DNA of 64,000 bases from Candidatus Spongiisociaceae bacterium (GTDB taxonomy: Bacteria; Actinomycetota; Acidimicrobiia; Spongiisociales; Spongiisociaceae): NCBI GenBank assembly GCA_965219685.1, contig CBDCOH010000002.1, positions 1,472,001 to 1,536,000 on the forward strand. Reading direction: 5' to 3'. This document shows positions 13,189 to 22,829 of the stretch, in pieces (within the stretch, counting starts at the first letter, position 1; each line of letters starts with the position of its first letter). The translations under genes and the position numbers were made by a program. The notes under the pieces are model-generated. The model was not told the DNA's origin. It made no database searches and was given only the letters and a program-made list of their open reading frames with translations.

Positions 13189-13193
13189 ACCGG

Positions 13194-13270
13194 TTCTCAG
13201 TTGCCGGTTGCCAGGCAACGGACCCCACTCACCACTCACCACTCACCACTCACCACTCACCACTCACCAG
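13194..13270. repeat. Heptamer array: short G/T-rich arm plus (CACTCAC)x6
   Basis: TTCTCAG TTGCCGG TTGCCAG, then six perfect CACTCAC at 13226-13267 abutting the thrC stop. Confidence 0.9.
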
Positions 13271-14644
13271 CTAAGCGAATCGGCTGACCTGGCGGACAAG
13301 GCGACGGAGCTCGTCCAGGTCGTTGTCCATCCTCCGCACTCTCTCGGTACGGCGCCCGAGATCGGCAAGCCTCCGGGGAGCCGGCGGCGGCCTTCCGATG
13401 GCGGATCCGACCGCCCGGGGGAATTTGGCCGGATGGGCGGTGGCGAGGCAAACGACCGGGCCCTCCACGCGGGAGTCTCGGGCGGCCGCTATCCCGACCG
13501 CGGTGTGGGGATCGACGATCTGTCCGGTGGTCCGGTAGACATCGGCCATCACCGAGCTGGTCTCGCGGTCGTCGTACCATCTGGAAACGAAGAGGCCCGA
13601 CTCCGAACCACCCGGTATGCCCAGCGAGCGTTCTCGGCGGAGCCGGACCATCGCCTCCCGGAGCCGATCGCCATCACCCCCGTACATGTCGAACATCAAA
13701 CGCTCCAGATTGGAAGGAACCTGGATGTCCATGGAAGGGCTGATTGTCGGAACGACTTCACCCAGTTCCAGCCTCCCGCTTCGAAAGAAACCGTCCAGCA
13801 CGTTGTTGGCGTTGCTGCCCACGATCATCTTCTCGACAGCCAGGCCCATCCTCGTGGCTGCGTAACCGGAGTAGACGTTTCCGAAGTTCCCGCTGGGAAC
13901 CGCGAAGGAGACGCGCCCGCCCACGCGGAGAGAACCCCAGAAGTAGTAGGCGATCTGGGTGATGAGCCTGCCGAAGTTGATCGAGTTGGCAGTCGAGAGG
14001 GACATCTCCCGGCGTAGGTACGAGTCGGCGAAGAGGGCTTTGACCAGGTCCTGGCAGTCGTCGAAGGTGCCGTCGACTGCTATCGCATGGACGTTGGGCG
14101 ACTCGATGGTCGTCATCTGGCGGCGCTGCACGTCGGTCGTGCGGCCTTCGGGAAATAGGATCACGACATCGACCCAGTCGCGGTCGCGAAATGCCTCCAT
14201 GGCCGCCGAGCCCGTGTCGCCGGAGGTAGCACCCAGGATCATGGCGTTACCACCTCTCGCCTCGAGCGCGACATCGAACAGGCGCCCCAGCATCTGGAGC
14301 GCGAAGTCCTTGAATGCCAGGGTCGGTCCCCAGAACAACTCCATGAGGTACAGGTTCTCGTCAATTTGGACTACGGGTGCAACATCACCGTGATCGAAGC
14401 GGGAAAAGGCGTCCTCGGCCATGGTCCGGAGCCGGGATGCGGGCACCAGATCCGAAGTGAACGAGTCGAGGATCGCCGCTACCACCGCCGCGAAGCGGTT
14501 ACCGGCCTCGACGGCAAACCGATCGAACCGGGGCCATGACTCCGGGACGTACAGGCCCCCATCGGGCGCCAGTCCGGTGAGCAGGGCCGTGGTCACATCG
14601 ACCGGAGGCGCCTCGCCGCGCGTCGAGACGAGACGTATGCTCAT
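13271..14644 (-). CDS. thrC: Threonine synthase
   Basis: VSTRG, GLAPDGGLYVP, ELFWGPTLAFKD (PLP Lys), ATSGDTG, NSINFGR, ATAHPAKF. Confidence 0.96.
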   Translation of the reverse strand: MSIRLVSTRGEAPPVDVTTALLTGLAPDGGLYVPESWPRFDRFAVEAGNRFAAVVAAILDSFTSDLVPASRLRTMAEDAFSRFDHGDVAPVVQIDENLYLMELFWGPTLAFKDFALQMLGRLFDVALEARGGNAMILGATSGDTGSAAMEAFRDRDWVDVVILFPEGRTTDVQRRQMTTIESPNVHAIAVDGTFDDCQDLVKALFADSYLRREMSLSTANSINFGRLITQIAYYFWGSLRVGGRVSFAVPSGNFGNVYSGYAATRMGLAVEKMIVGSNANNVLDGFFRSGRLELGEVVPTISPSMDIQVPSNLERLMFDMYGGDGDRLREAMVRLRRERSLGIPGGSESGLFVSRWYDDRETSSVMADVYRTTGQIVDPHTAVGIAAARDSRVEGPVVCLATAHPAKFPRAVGSAIGRPPPAPRRLADLGRRTERVRRMDNDLDELRRLVRQVSRFA

Positions 14645-15933
14645 TACGGCTCGTCGCCGTGGACCCGTAGAACGGTGGCCACCTCGGAGACGACATCCAG
14701 AGCGGCCAGATCCGAGACCGCGGCCTGCAGGTGACGCTCCGGCGACTCGTGCGTCACGAGCAATAACGTCGCCTCCGCCCCCCGGCCTTCCTGCCAAACC
14801 GACTTTATCGAGACGTCATGGCTGCCGAACACGGCCGCGATCCGGGCCAGGACACCCGGACGGTCGACCACCGTGAAGCGCAGGAACCACTTCGTGGTCA
14901 CATCCGCCATGTCCCGGACGCGGCCCTGCGCGAACCGGATGCGCGATCTCACCTCGTTCCTGGCAAGCAACTCTCGGGCGCAGGCGATCACATCGCCCAG
15001 GATCGCGGTGGCGGTCGGCTCCCCCCCGGCTCCCGGTCCCGTGAAGAGCAATTCCCCGATGGAAGGTCCCGCGACGAACACCGCGTTAGTCGCCCCCCGG
15101 ACCGATGCCAGCGGATGGTCGACAGGTACCAGCGTGGGATGTACGCGAACGGCGACACCGTCCTCCGAATCCTCGGCGATGGCCAGCAGTTTCGGTGTGT
15201 AACCCAGAGTCCTGGCATAGTCGAAGTCGAGGAGTTGAAGTCCGTCGATCCCCTCTCGGGGAACCTGGTTCCCGTCCACCCAGGAGCCGAAGGCCAGGCT
15301 GGCCAGGATGGCTGCCTTTGATGCAGCGTCTGCACCCGTGACGTCGGCGGCCGGATCGGCCTCGGCGTACCCAAGGCGTTGTGCCTCCGCCAGTACCTCG
15401 TCGTACGGGGCCCTGTCCTCGATCATCCTCGTGAGTATGAAGTTGGTGGTTCCGTTCACGATCCCCATGACCGACGTGATCCGCTCGCCGGCCAGCGACT
15501 CGGACAGAGGACGGATGATGGGTATCCCGCCTCCCACCGCTGCCTCGAACAACAGCGACACACCCGAGTCCTCGGCGGCCGCCAGCAACGCGCTCCCCCG
15601 GGCGGCCATCAGTTCCTTGTTGGCGGTGACCACGGCCTTGCCCGATCGCAGAGCCCTCAGGGCCAGCTCGCCGGCTGGTTCCAGCCCTCCCATGACCTCG
15701 ATCACGATCCGCACATCGGGGTTGTCAACCACCGTGCCGGGGTCGTCGGTCAGCAGTCCGGCGGGAATCTCGACGCCTCGTTGCTTGGTCACGTCGCGCA
15801 CCGCGATGCCCCTGACCGCCAGCTGCAGGCCGGTCTTGGCGGATATGGCGTCCGACTCGTAGATGAGACGGCGGATGAGGGCACTTCCTACAGTACCTGC
15901 TCCTAGGAACCCGACACCGATCTCCATACTCAT
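14644..15933 (-). CDS. hom: Homoserine dehydrogenase with ACT domain
   Basis: GAGTVG, VTANK, FEAAVGGGIP, NGTTNFIL, GYAEADP; C-terminal DRPGVL. Confidence 0.97.
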   Translation of the reverse strand: MSMEIGVGFLGAGTVGSALIRRLIYESDAISAKTGLQLAVRGIAVRDVTKQRGVEIPAGLLTDDPGTVVDNPDVRIVIEVMGGLEPAGELALRALRSGKAVVTANKELMAARGSALLAAAEDSGVSLLFEAAVGGGIPIIRPLSESLAGERITSVMGIVNGTTNFILTRMIEDRAPYDEVLAEAQRLGYAEADPAADVTGADAASKAAILASLAFGSWVDGNQVPREGIDGLQLLDFDYARTLGYTPKLLAIAEDSEDGVAVRVHPTLVPVDHPLASVRGATNAVFVAGPSIGELLFTGPGAGGEPTATAILGDVIACARELLARNEVRSRIRFAQGRVRDMADVTTKWFLRFTVVDRPGVLARIAAVFGSHDVSIKSVWQEGRGAEATLLLVTHESPERHLQAAVSDLAALDVVSEVATVLRVHGDEP

Positions 15934-17267
15934 CCTCCGCTCCTGGATACGTTACAGGACCATTGCTCGGCATCTCCCAGCGTTCTCTGACCGCTCAGCA
16001 AGTCCTCGATCGTCTCTCGACGGACGACCTCGCTGACCTGCCCATCCCTTACGAAGAGAACCGGAGGCCGGGGGAGCACGTTATAGCGGGACGACATGGA
16101 GAAGGTGTAAGCCCCCGCCGTGGGCATCGCCACCAGATCACCCTCTCGGATGGACTCCGGCAACAGAACCGAATCGAGAAGGACATCGGTCTCGCACATA
16201 CGCCCGAAGATCCGGAACGGGCGGTCGTGGGCCAGATCCAGGCGGTCTACGGCCAGCAACTCGTATCGGGAGTCGTACAGCGCCGGACGTGGATTGTCGG
16301 TCAGGCCCCCGTCCAGGGCCAGCATCTCCCCGCCCACCGGAAGGGGCTTGCGGACGCCGATGGTGTAGAGGAGCAGCGCGGCGTTTGCAACCAACGCTCG
16401 GCCGGGCTCCACCATCACTCGTACATCCCCTATCCGCCGCGCCGGACCGTCCTGCAATGCCGACCTGATCGCATCCGCCACCGCCATCGGGGTCGGCGCG
16501 GGGTCGGTCCTAAGGTAGGGCGACGCAAGTCCCCCTCCGACGTCGAGCAGGATCGGACTGGTCTCGAACGCCGACCGCTTGCGCATCACCAACTCCGCCA
16601 GGCGTTGGACGATTGCGCTGAACAGGCCCGGATCGGTGATGTGGCTCCCGGCGTGGAGATGCACTCCCCTCAGCCGGAGCGCGGCACCCGCTGCGATCCG
16701 ATCGATGGCGGTCTCCGCCGCGCCAGGGGTCAGCCCGAACTTCGCGTTGCTACCGGTGGTGAGGACCTTGCTGTTGGTAGCCAGGTTCATGTGCTCGTTG
16801 AGCCTGACCATCACATCGATCACCTTGCCAGCCCGACTGGCCGCCGTCTCCAGGTTCTCGATCTCGGGCAGGCTGTCGACCACGGTGACGGCCACATCGC
16901 CGTTGACCGCGAGGGCCACCTCCGCCGCCGACTTGAGGTTGCCGTGGAGGAGAGTACGGGACGCCGGGATCCCGCCGCGCTTGGCGATGGCCGCCTCCCC
17001 GGCGGAGACGACATCTACCCACCATTCAGTGCGAGCAAGCAACTCCGCCAGCGCCGTACAGAGGAAGGCCTTGGTTGCGTATACCGGCGTGCCGGTGGCG
17101 CCCATCGCCGCGCTGAATTCATCGAGACGATGCTCCAGGTGTGCCTGGTCGAACACGTAGGCAGGCGTTCCGTAATCCTCCGCGATCGCCGACAGCGGTA
17201 CTCCGCCCACCGACGCACGCCCGTCACGTTCCGACCAAGTCTTTGGTAGCACATCGCGAAGCGACAT
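15930..17267 (-). CDS. lysA: Diaminopimelate decarboxylase
   Basis: YGTPAYV, YATKA (PLP Lys), KFG, DVGGG, EPGR, DNPRPALY, CE; upstream of hom. Confidence 0.88.
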   Translation of the reverse strand: MSLRDVLPKTWSERDGRASVGGVPLSAIAEDYGTPAYVFDQAHLEHRLDEFSAAMGATGTPVYATKAFLCTALAELLARTEWWVDVVSAGEAAIAKRGGIPASRTLLHGNLKSAAEVALAVNGDVAVTVVDSLPEIENLETAASRAGKVIDVMVRLNEHMNLATNSKVLTTGSNAKFGLTPGAAETAIDRIAAGAALRLRGVHLHAGSHITDPGLFSAIVQRLAELVMRKRSAFETSPILLDVGGGLASPYLRTDPAPTPMAVADAIRSALQDGPARRIGDVRVMVEPGRALVANAALLLYTIGVRKPLPVGGEMLALDGGLTDNPRPALYDSRYELLAVDRLDLAHDRPFRIFGRMCETDVLLDSVLLPESIREGDLVAMPTAGAYTFSMSSRYNVLPRPPVLFVRDGQVSEVVRRETIEDLLSGQRTLGDAEQWSCNVSRSGG

Positions 17268-17415
17268 CGAGAAACCTCGTGGGGATTGGGAAGCTCAAGG
17301 CTAAGTGATCCGGCTCCAAAAGAAAACACGCCGATCACACGCGGGCCCATGTGCCACCCTCGCGGTGACCCATCGACCACGGCTTCGGTTGGACCACGTC
17401 GAGATCCGGTCGGCG

Positions 17416-17487
<72 letters not shown>

Positions 17488-17826
17488 CTTCGATCAATCC
17501 TACCAGCGCCAGGAGACTCGAGTCCGAAGGACCGTGGCGATCGGCCCCGGGTGTCCCTACAAAGAGGTGGCCGGGGCGCGGTCCTAGGGGGAGAGAACGC
17601 GGCGCCCCGGCCGGCTGGCAGGTGGGTGTCCTGCCGTTGGTGGGTCAACACATCATACAGCATCCAAGGTCAGGTTGTCCAGCACAAAAAACGCGAGTAG
17701 TTCGAGGTCCCCATGAGGGGTAGCCAGCAGTGCCTGATCGAACCAGGTCCTGCTCCTCTCACGGGTCGCGAGAGCGGTGGTTACGGATCCCCTCCGGCAT
17801 GCCCGGGACCCCTTACGAGCTTTCCC

Positions 17827-17855
17827 TTGAGTATGCGGGGACGGTCATTTACAAT
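17827..17855 (+). promoter_or_regulatory. sigma70-type promoter (TTGAGT-17-TACAAT) for a leaderless ku transcript
   Basis: -10 box ends 7 nt before the ATG at 17863; no RBS. Confidence 0.7.
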
Positions 17856-17862
17856 CCGGTGG

Positions 17863-18657
17863 ATGCGACCTATTTGGAGCGGCGCCCTATCGTTCGGGCT
17901 GGTGACAATCCCGGTCCGCCTGTACAGGGCCACCGCGAGCCGCCGACCCCGATTCCGCCAGTTGCGCCGAGCCGATCACAGCCCGATTCGCTACCGCAAA
18001 GTGGCCCAAGCCGACGGTGTGGAGGTTCCGTCCGAGGACATCGTGCGAGGTTACGAAGTCGACAAGGGTAGCTACGTGGTCTTCACGGACGAGGAGATCG
18101 AGGCTGCCGGTCACCAAGGCGGACCGCGGATCGTGGATGTCATCGAGTTTGTGGACGCAACCGAAATCGACCCCATTTACTACCGGGCTTCCTATTTCCT
18201 GGAGCCTGACCCCACCGGGCAGAAGGCGTATTCGATCCTCAGGCAGGCGCTCGCCGATAAGAACCGTATCGGCCTCGCCAAGGTGGCCATCAGGGCGCGA
18301 ATGCACCTGGCCGCTGTCCGCCCCCGGGACGATGTTCTGGTTCTCGAGACCATGTACTGGCCCGACGAGGTGCGGGCCGCGGGCTTCGAGACCCTCAACG
18401 GCGAAGTCGAGGTGCGCGAGAACGAGGTGGCGATGGCCGAGATGCTCATAGATAACCTCACCGGCCAGTTCGATCCGGCTGCCTGGAAGGACGCAACCCG
18501 GGAGCGAATCGAGGAATTGGCGAGGAAGAAGATCGAGGGCGAGGAGATAGTGGTGCCCGACACCCCGGAGCCGACCCGCGTGGTCGACCTTCTCGAAGCC
18601 TTGAAGGCGTCGGTCGAGGCAACCCGCGCCCAGACTGCCCATCGCAAGGCGGGGTAG
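17863..18657 (+). CDS. ku: Non-homologous end-joining protein Ku
   Basis: MRPIWSGALSFGLVTIPVRLY, IVRGYE, IDPIYY, TMYWPDEVR, VVDLLEALKASV. Confidence 0.96.
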   Translation: MRPIWSGALSFGLVTIPVRLYRATASRRPRFRQLRRADHSPIRYRKVAQADGVEVPSEDIVRGYEVDKGSYVVFTDEEIEAAGHQGGPRIVDVIEFVDATEIDPIYYRASYFLEPDPTGQKAYSILRQALADKNRIGLAKVAIRARMHLAAVRPRDDVLVLETMYWPDEVRAAGFETLNGEVEVRENEVAMAEMLIDNLTGQFDPAAWKDATRERIEELARKKIEGEEIVVPDTPEPTRVVDLLEALKASVEATRAQTAHRKAG

Positions 18658-18700
18658 TCGGTGGCTGGTGGTTGTCCGGACGCCCCAGTGACAGTATCTA

Positions 18701-18781
18701 CACTGACCACTGACCACTGACCACTGACCACTGACCACTGACCACTGACCACTGACCACTGACCACTGACCACTGACCACT
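18701..18781. repeat. Perfect tandem repeat (CACTGAC)x11.5, preceded by a degenerate G/T-rich arm after the ku stop
   Basis: Read directly from the sequence. Confidence 0.97.
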
Positions 18782-18796
18782 GGGAGCACAACCACC

Positions 18797-19018
18797 GTGA
18801 AAGCGCGAATCGGCATTGCAGACGCAGGACGCGAGATCGAGGTGGAAGTGGCTGGTCGGGATGAAGTTGTCGAAAGCCTCGAATCTGCTTATCGCGAGGG
18901 CGTCCCCATCCTCTGGTTCAAGAACGCGAAGGGGCGTGATATCGGCGTACCACTCGACCGGATCGCCTTCGTCGAGCTGGTGGATGACCGCGATCAGGCG
19001 GTCGGGTTCGGTCGCTGA
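18797..19018 (+). CDS. DUF3107-like small actinobacterial protein
   Basis: RIGI...REIEVE...VPLDRIAFVEL...VGFG pattern. Confidence 0.75.
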   Translation: MKARIGIADAGREIEVEVAGRDEVVESLESAYREGVPILWFKNAKGRDIGVPLDRIAFVELVDDRDQAVGFGR

Positions 19019-19147
19019 AAAAGACCCGGATAGCGGAGGGTGCTCCCCGAGCGGTAAGCCCGGCCCTTCGACCGCTATCTGGAGGAAGCGACTCCCCCGG
19101 GCACGGTGGCGAAAGGGTGGCCTGGCCCGGGACGACTCGTTCCGGGT

Positions 19148-19420
19148 TCAGCTGGCGGCGCGCCGCCGCTCCGCCAGCCAGCGCTTGCGTAGCCGGCGTC
19201 GCTCATCCTCTGCGTAACCTCCCCAGACCCCAGCTTCCTGGTTCGTCTGGAGCGCATACTGGAGGCAGTCTTCCGTCACCAGGCAGTCGGCACAGATACC
19301 CTTGGCCTCCTCGATCTGTTCGACAGCGAGCCCGGTAGTTCCGATGGGGAAGAAAAGGGTCGGTTCGGAGTCCCTACATGCAGCGATCTCCCGCCAATCG
19401 GTTCTGGTGATTGTCAACAC
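19148..19420 (-). CDS. whiB: WhiB-family Fe-S transcription factor (WhiB1/WblE-like)
   Basis: W..AAC...LFFPIGTTG, C-x2-C-x5-C, GVWGG..EDERR. Confidence 0.95.
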   Translation of the reverse strand: MLTITRTDWREIAACRDSEPTLFFPIGTTGLAVEQIEEAKGICADCLVTEDCLQYALQTNQEAGVWGGYAEDERRRLRKRWLAERRRAAS

Positions 19421-19531
19421 TTTGCGTACCTCTGTTCGCGGAGGGTTCGCCTCCGGCCTGTCTGCTTTTCCGATGCGGCTCGGTTCTCGTTCACCGCACG
19501 TAGTGCCGGCTGGACGGTCCCGTCCCGGTCT

Positions 19532-19549
19532 TTGTGAATAAATTCACAA
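19532..19549. promoter_or_regulatory. Rex-type/CRP-type operator TTGTGAATAAATTCACAA
   Basis: Perfect TTGTGAA-N4-TTCACAA upstream of whiB. Confidence 0.8.
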
Positions 19550-19614
19550 GGCCGGGCCAAAATAAATGCCGTCGCCGACCGCCGAGCACGTTAGCCGCAT
19601 TAACCCCTGACCGC

Positions 19615-19632
19615 AAGTGATTTCTTTCACAA
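19615..19632. promoter_or_regulatory. Second, degenerate Rex/CRP-type site AAGTGATTTCTTTCACAA
   Basis: GTGA-N6-TCAC core with an intact right half-site. Confidence 0.55.
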
Positions 19633-19693
19633 AGTAGCCGACTACAAAATGTACTACTTAAAGGTTATGACCAATGATGATATGTCAGCATTA

Positions 19694-19719
19694 GGATTCA
19701 ATTGATCTCAATTGAATCC
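19694..19719. promoter_or_regulatory. Perfect 12-bp inverted repeat GGATTCAATTGA-TC-TCAATTGAATCC
   Basis: Read directly; AT-rich palindrome between yjbQ and whiB. Confidence 0.6.
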
Positions 19720-19831
19720 ATCGTCATTCCATCCCGGTTCGTCGTAGGGACGCGTGTTTGCTCCCACGGATGCAAGCCGGGAGATGGCTGCCGGGACTGT
19801 CGGTGCCGGAGGCGTGATCACCCGGCTGGGA

Positions 19832-20236
19832 CTAATCAGCAAGGAACGTGACCCGCACGGTGCGCTCACGGTTCTCGCGGTTCGTGTCAACGAGGACGAC
19901 CGACTGCCAGGTCCCCAACGCCATGATCCCGCCAAGGACGGGAATGACGGCGCTGGGCGACACGAACGCAGGAATGACATGATCGGCGCCGTGACCTCGG
20001 CTGCCGTGGCGGTGAAGCCACCGTGAGTCGCGAGGGAACAGCTCGTCGACGTGTCGGAGCAGATCCTGGTCGGAACCGGCACCCGTCTCCACAAGCGCTA
20101 TCCCTGCGGTGCTGTGCGGAACGAATACCGATACGAGCCCGTCGCCCTTCGCACGCACGAAGGCCGCCACACGGTCGGTGATGTCAAACGCGGCGGCGGT
20201 TGCACCTGTTCGGACCCGGAACGTCTGGGTGTCCAC
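19832..20236 (-). CDS. YjbQ/UPF0047 family protein
   Basis: DIT, FVPHSTAG, H.HGS.GHGADH, LGTWQSV. Confidence 0.9.
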   Translation of the reverse strand: MDTQTFRVRTGATAAAFDITDRVAAFVRAKGDGLVSVFVPHSTAGIALVETGAGSDQDLLRHVDELFPRDSRWLHRHGSRGHGADHVIPAFVSPSAVIPVLGGIMALGTWQSVVLVDTNRENRERTVRVTFLAD

Positions 20237-20241
20237 AGCGG

Positions 20242-21213
20242 CTAGGTGTTGTCGCCCAGGAAGATGGCCGATACCGAGCTGTCCATGAAGATGGCCTGGA
20301 GCGCCTCGGCGAGAACGGGGGCAATCGACAGCCTCGTCAGCTTGTCGAAGTCCTTGGCATCCTGGCTTATGGGCAGGGTGTCGGTTACCACGACCTCATC
20401 GACCGGGGCATTCTTGAGCCTGTCGAGCGCCGGTTCGGAAAGGAGCGGATGCGTGACCGCCACGTACACGCTTCGAACGTCTTTCTGGCGCAAGAGCCGG
20501 GCCGCGTTGACGACCGTCCCCGCGGTGTCGATCATGTCGTCCACGATCACCGCGTTGCGACCGCGAACCGCACCCACGACAGTAAGCGCTCGCGACCGGT
20601 TGCGAACCTGGGTCGCTCTGCGCTTATGCACGAACGCTACGAACGCGCCCAGATATCGCGCGTACTTCTCGGCTCGCTTGACGCCGCCCGCATCGGGAGA
20701 GACGATCGTGGTGGGACCGTCGAGCCGGTCCTTCAGGTATTCAGTGACGATGGGAAGAGCAGTCAGGTGATCGAGCGGCTTGGGGAAAAAGCCCTGGATC
20801 TGGCCGGTGTGAAGGTCGATCGAAACGATCCGGTCAGCGCCTGCGGCCAGGAAGAGGTCACTTATCAATCGGGCCGAGATCGGCTCCCGAGGCAGTACCT
20901 TCTTGTCTGCCCTCGCGTATCCGAAGAAAGGGACCACAGCCGTGATGCGACGCGCCGACGCCCTCCGGAGCGCCTCGATCAGGATCAATTGCTCCATGAT
21001 GTGGAAGTTGATCTCGGGCGCGTGACTCTGCATCACGAAACAGTCGGTGCCGCGCACCGACTCCAGAGGCCGCGCGTACACTTCGGTATTGGCAAATCTC
21101 GATAGCTCGACTCGCCCTAGCCGCACCCCCAACTCTTCGGCTACGGCTCGGGCCAACTCCGGGTTAGCCGATCCCGAGAAGAGCATGAAGCGCTTGCGGT
21201 TTACGAGTTCCAT
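20242..21213 (-). CDS. prs: Ribose-phosphate pyrophosphokinase
   Basis: PFFGYARADKK, DLH..QIQGFF, VSPDAGG, VDDMIDTAGT. Confidence 0.97.
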   Translation of the reverse strand: MELVNRKRFMLFSGSANPELARAVAEELGVRLGRVELSRFANTEVYARPLESVRGTDCFVMQSHAPEINFHIMEQLILIEALRRASARRITAVVPFFGYARADKKVLPREPISARLISDLFLAAGADRIVSIDLHTGQIQGFFPKPLDHLTALPIVTEYLKDRLDGPTTIVSPDAGGVKRAEKYARYLGAFVAFVHKRRATQVRNRSRALTVVGAVRGRNAVIVDDMIDTAGTVVNAARLLRQKDVRSVYVAVTHPLLSEPALDRLKNAPVDEVVVTDTLPISQDAKDFDKLTRLSIAPVLAEALQAIFMDSSVSAIFLGDNT

Positions 21214-21215
21214 TC

Positions 21216-22595
21216 TCAGCCAGCCTCAAATCGCGCCCTGCGGCGCTTAGCGTAACCAGGGATCTCCCGCTGGGTGGCCCGTTCGATTCCCAGTGCGCCC
21301 TCCGACACGTTCCGGGTGATCACCGACCCGGCTCCTGTGAACGCATCGTCCCCCACCTCCACGGGAGCGACGAGAACCGTATTCGAACCTACCTGTGCCC
21401 GGTCGCCGATACGCGTCCGGTGCTTCTCGAAGCCGTTGTAGTTGGCGGTTATAGCGCCTGCACCGACATTGGCCTGATCGCCGACCTCGGCATCGCCCAC
21501 ATAGGCGAGATGGGGAACCTTGGCCCCTCTGCCCACCACGGCGTTCTTCACCTCGACGAAGCTCCCGGCCTTCGCGCCGTCACGGAACTCGGTGCCCGGA
21601 CGTATGGAGGCGTAGGGACCGACCTCGGCATCGGCCTCGATCATGGCGCCCCGGACGACCGAGTACCAGACTCTGGCCCCCGGTCCCAGCCAACTGTCCT
21701 CGATGTAGGCATCGGGGCCGATCTCGGCCCCGGCCCCCACCGATGTCGCCCCCTCGAGATGGACCCCCGGATAGAGACGGATGCCCGCTTCGAGTACGAC
21801 AGTCGCATCGACGTACACCCGGGTCGGGTCTTGCATCCACACCCCCTGACGCATCCACGCCTGGTTGATCCTGCTCCTCATGAGCGAGGCGACCTCCGCC
21901 AGTTGGTCCTGGGTGTTCACGCCCGCCAACTCCTCCGGATCGGTTCGGTGGGCGGAGATGCCGTGTCCTTCCGCATTGAGGATGGCCACGACATCGGGCA
22001 GGTAGTACTCCCCCTGCGCGTTGTTCCGCTCCACGTGGCCGGTCGCATCGAGGATGAACTCCCCGTCGAACATGTAGATCCCCCCGTTGATCTCCTTGAT
22101 CTCCCGTTCCCGGGTGGTCGTGTCCGCGTCCTCGACGATCCTCTCGACGCGGTCCCATCCATCCCTGACCACTCTCCCGTAACCCGTGGGGTCGGCCATG
22201 TTCGCGGTGATGCAGGTGACAGCCGATCCCGTGCGGCGGTGGAGGGTCGCAAGCCTTCCAAGGGTTTCGCCGGTTATAAGCGGGGTGTCAGCCGGAACCA
22301 CCAGGACATGATCGTCGGAACCCGGGGTGATGCGATCGAGAGCAACCTGAAGGGCGTGGGCGGTACCCAGTTGCCTCGACTGGACGACCGGCGTGACGTT
22401 CTCGGGCAGGACCGCCCTCACCTGATCCGCATCGGGCTTGACAACCACGACCGTCTGCTCCGGCTCGAGGAGGGCCACCGCATCGAGCACCCACCGGATC
22501 ATCGGCCTCCCGGCCACCGGGTGGATCACCTTGGGCAGGAGCGCCTTCATGCGCGTTCCGGACCCAGCCCCGAGCACGACCGCCTTCACACCCAT
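21216..22595 (-). CDS. glmU: Bifunctional UDP-GlcNAc pyrophosphorylase/acetyltransferase
   Basis: LGAGSGTRMK..LPKV, QLGTAHA, GYGR, NAQGEYYL, hexapeptide repeats; start MGVKAV after an AAGGAG RBS. Confidence 0.97.
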   Translation of the reverse strand: MGVKAVVLGAGSGTRMKALLPKVIHPVAGRPMIRWVLDAVALLEPEQTVVVVKPDADQVRAVLPENVTPVVQSRQLGTAHALQVALDRITPGSDDHVLVVPADTPLITGETLGRLATLHRRTGSAVTCITANMADPTGYGRVVRDGWDRVERIVEDADTTTREREIKEINGGIYMFDGEFILDATGHVERNNAQGEYYLPDVVAILNAEGHGISAHRTDPEELAGVNTQDQLAEVASLMRSRINQAWMRQGVWMQDPTRVYVDATVVLEAGIRLYPGVHLEGATSVGAGAEIGPDAYIEDSWLGPGARVWYSVVRGAMIEADAEVGPYASIRPGTEFRDGAKAGSFVEVKNAVVGRGAKVPHLAYVGDAEVGDQANVGAGAITANYNGFEKHRTRIGDRAQVGSNTVLVAPVEVGDDAFTGAGSVITRNVSEGALGIERATQREIPGYAKRRRARFEAG

Positions 22596-22614
22596 GGAAT
22601 CACTCCTTCGCTCG

Positions 22615-22686
22615 CTGGGGGGACAGGAGTCGAACCCGTACCGGCGGGACCAAAACCCGCTGTGCTGCCAATTACACCACCCCCCA
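22615..22686 (-). tRNA. tRNA-Gln (UUG)
   Basis: TGGGGGGTGGTGTAATTGGCAGCACAGCGGGTT-TTG-GTCCCGCCGGTACGGGTTCGACTCCTGTCCCCCCAG; usual position upstream of glmU. Confidence 0.95.
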
Positions 22687-22687
22687 C

Positions 22688-22829
22688 TGGTCGGTGGCCG
22701 GTGACCGGTAGCCAGTGGCCAGGCTTCCGTCGCTGCCCATTGACCACCTCTGGCCGGACCCAAGGATACCCGCTGTGAGGTGGTCCGGTGTCAAGGGACC
22801 GCGGACCCTCCAACCACTGACCATTGTTC
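22688..22829. repeat. Degenerate heptamer arms (TGGTCGG/TGGCCGG/TGACCGG ... CACTGAC/CATTGTT)
   Basis: Five G-rich units right after the tRNA; short C/A-rich arm abutting the ispE stop. Confidence 0.55.

Noticed and set aside
17268-17415. Lysine riboswitch upstream of lysA
   Set aside because: No recognisable L-box consensus, and the space after the tRNA is short.
17887-18816. ORFs with SVVSGQW or HHSPLTT peptide repeats
   Set aside because: These are translations of the heptamer DNA arrays, not plausible proteins.
22596-22763. N-terminal extension of glmU in the ORF track
   Set aside because: It runs through tRNA-Gln; the real start is at 22595 with an RBS.
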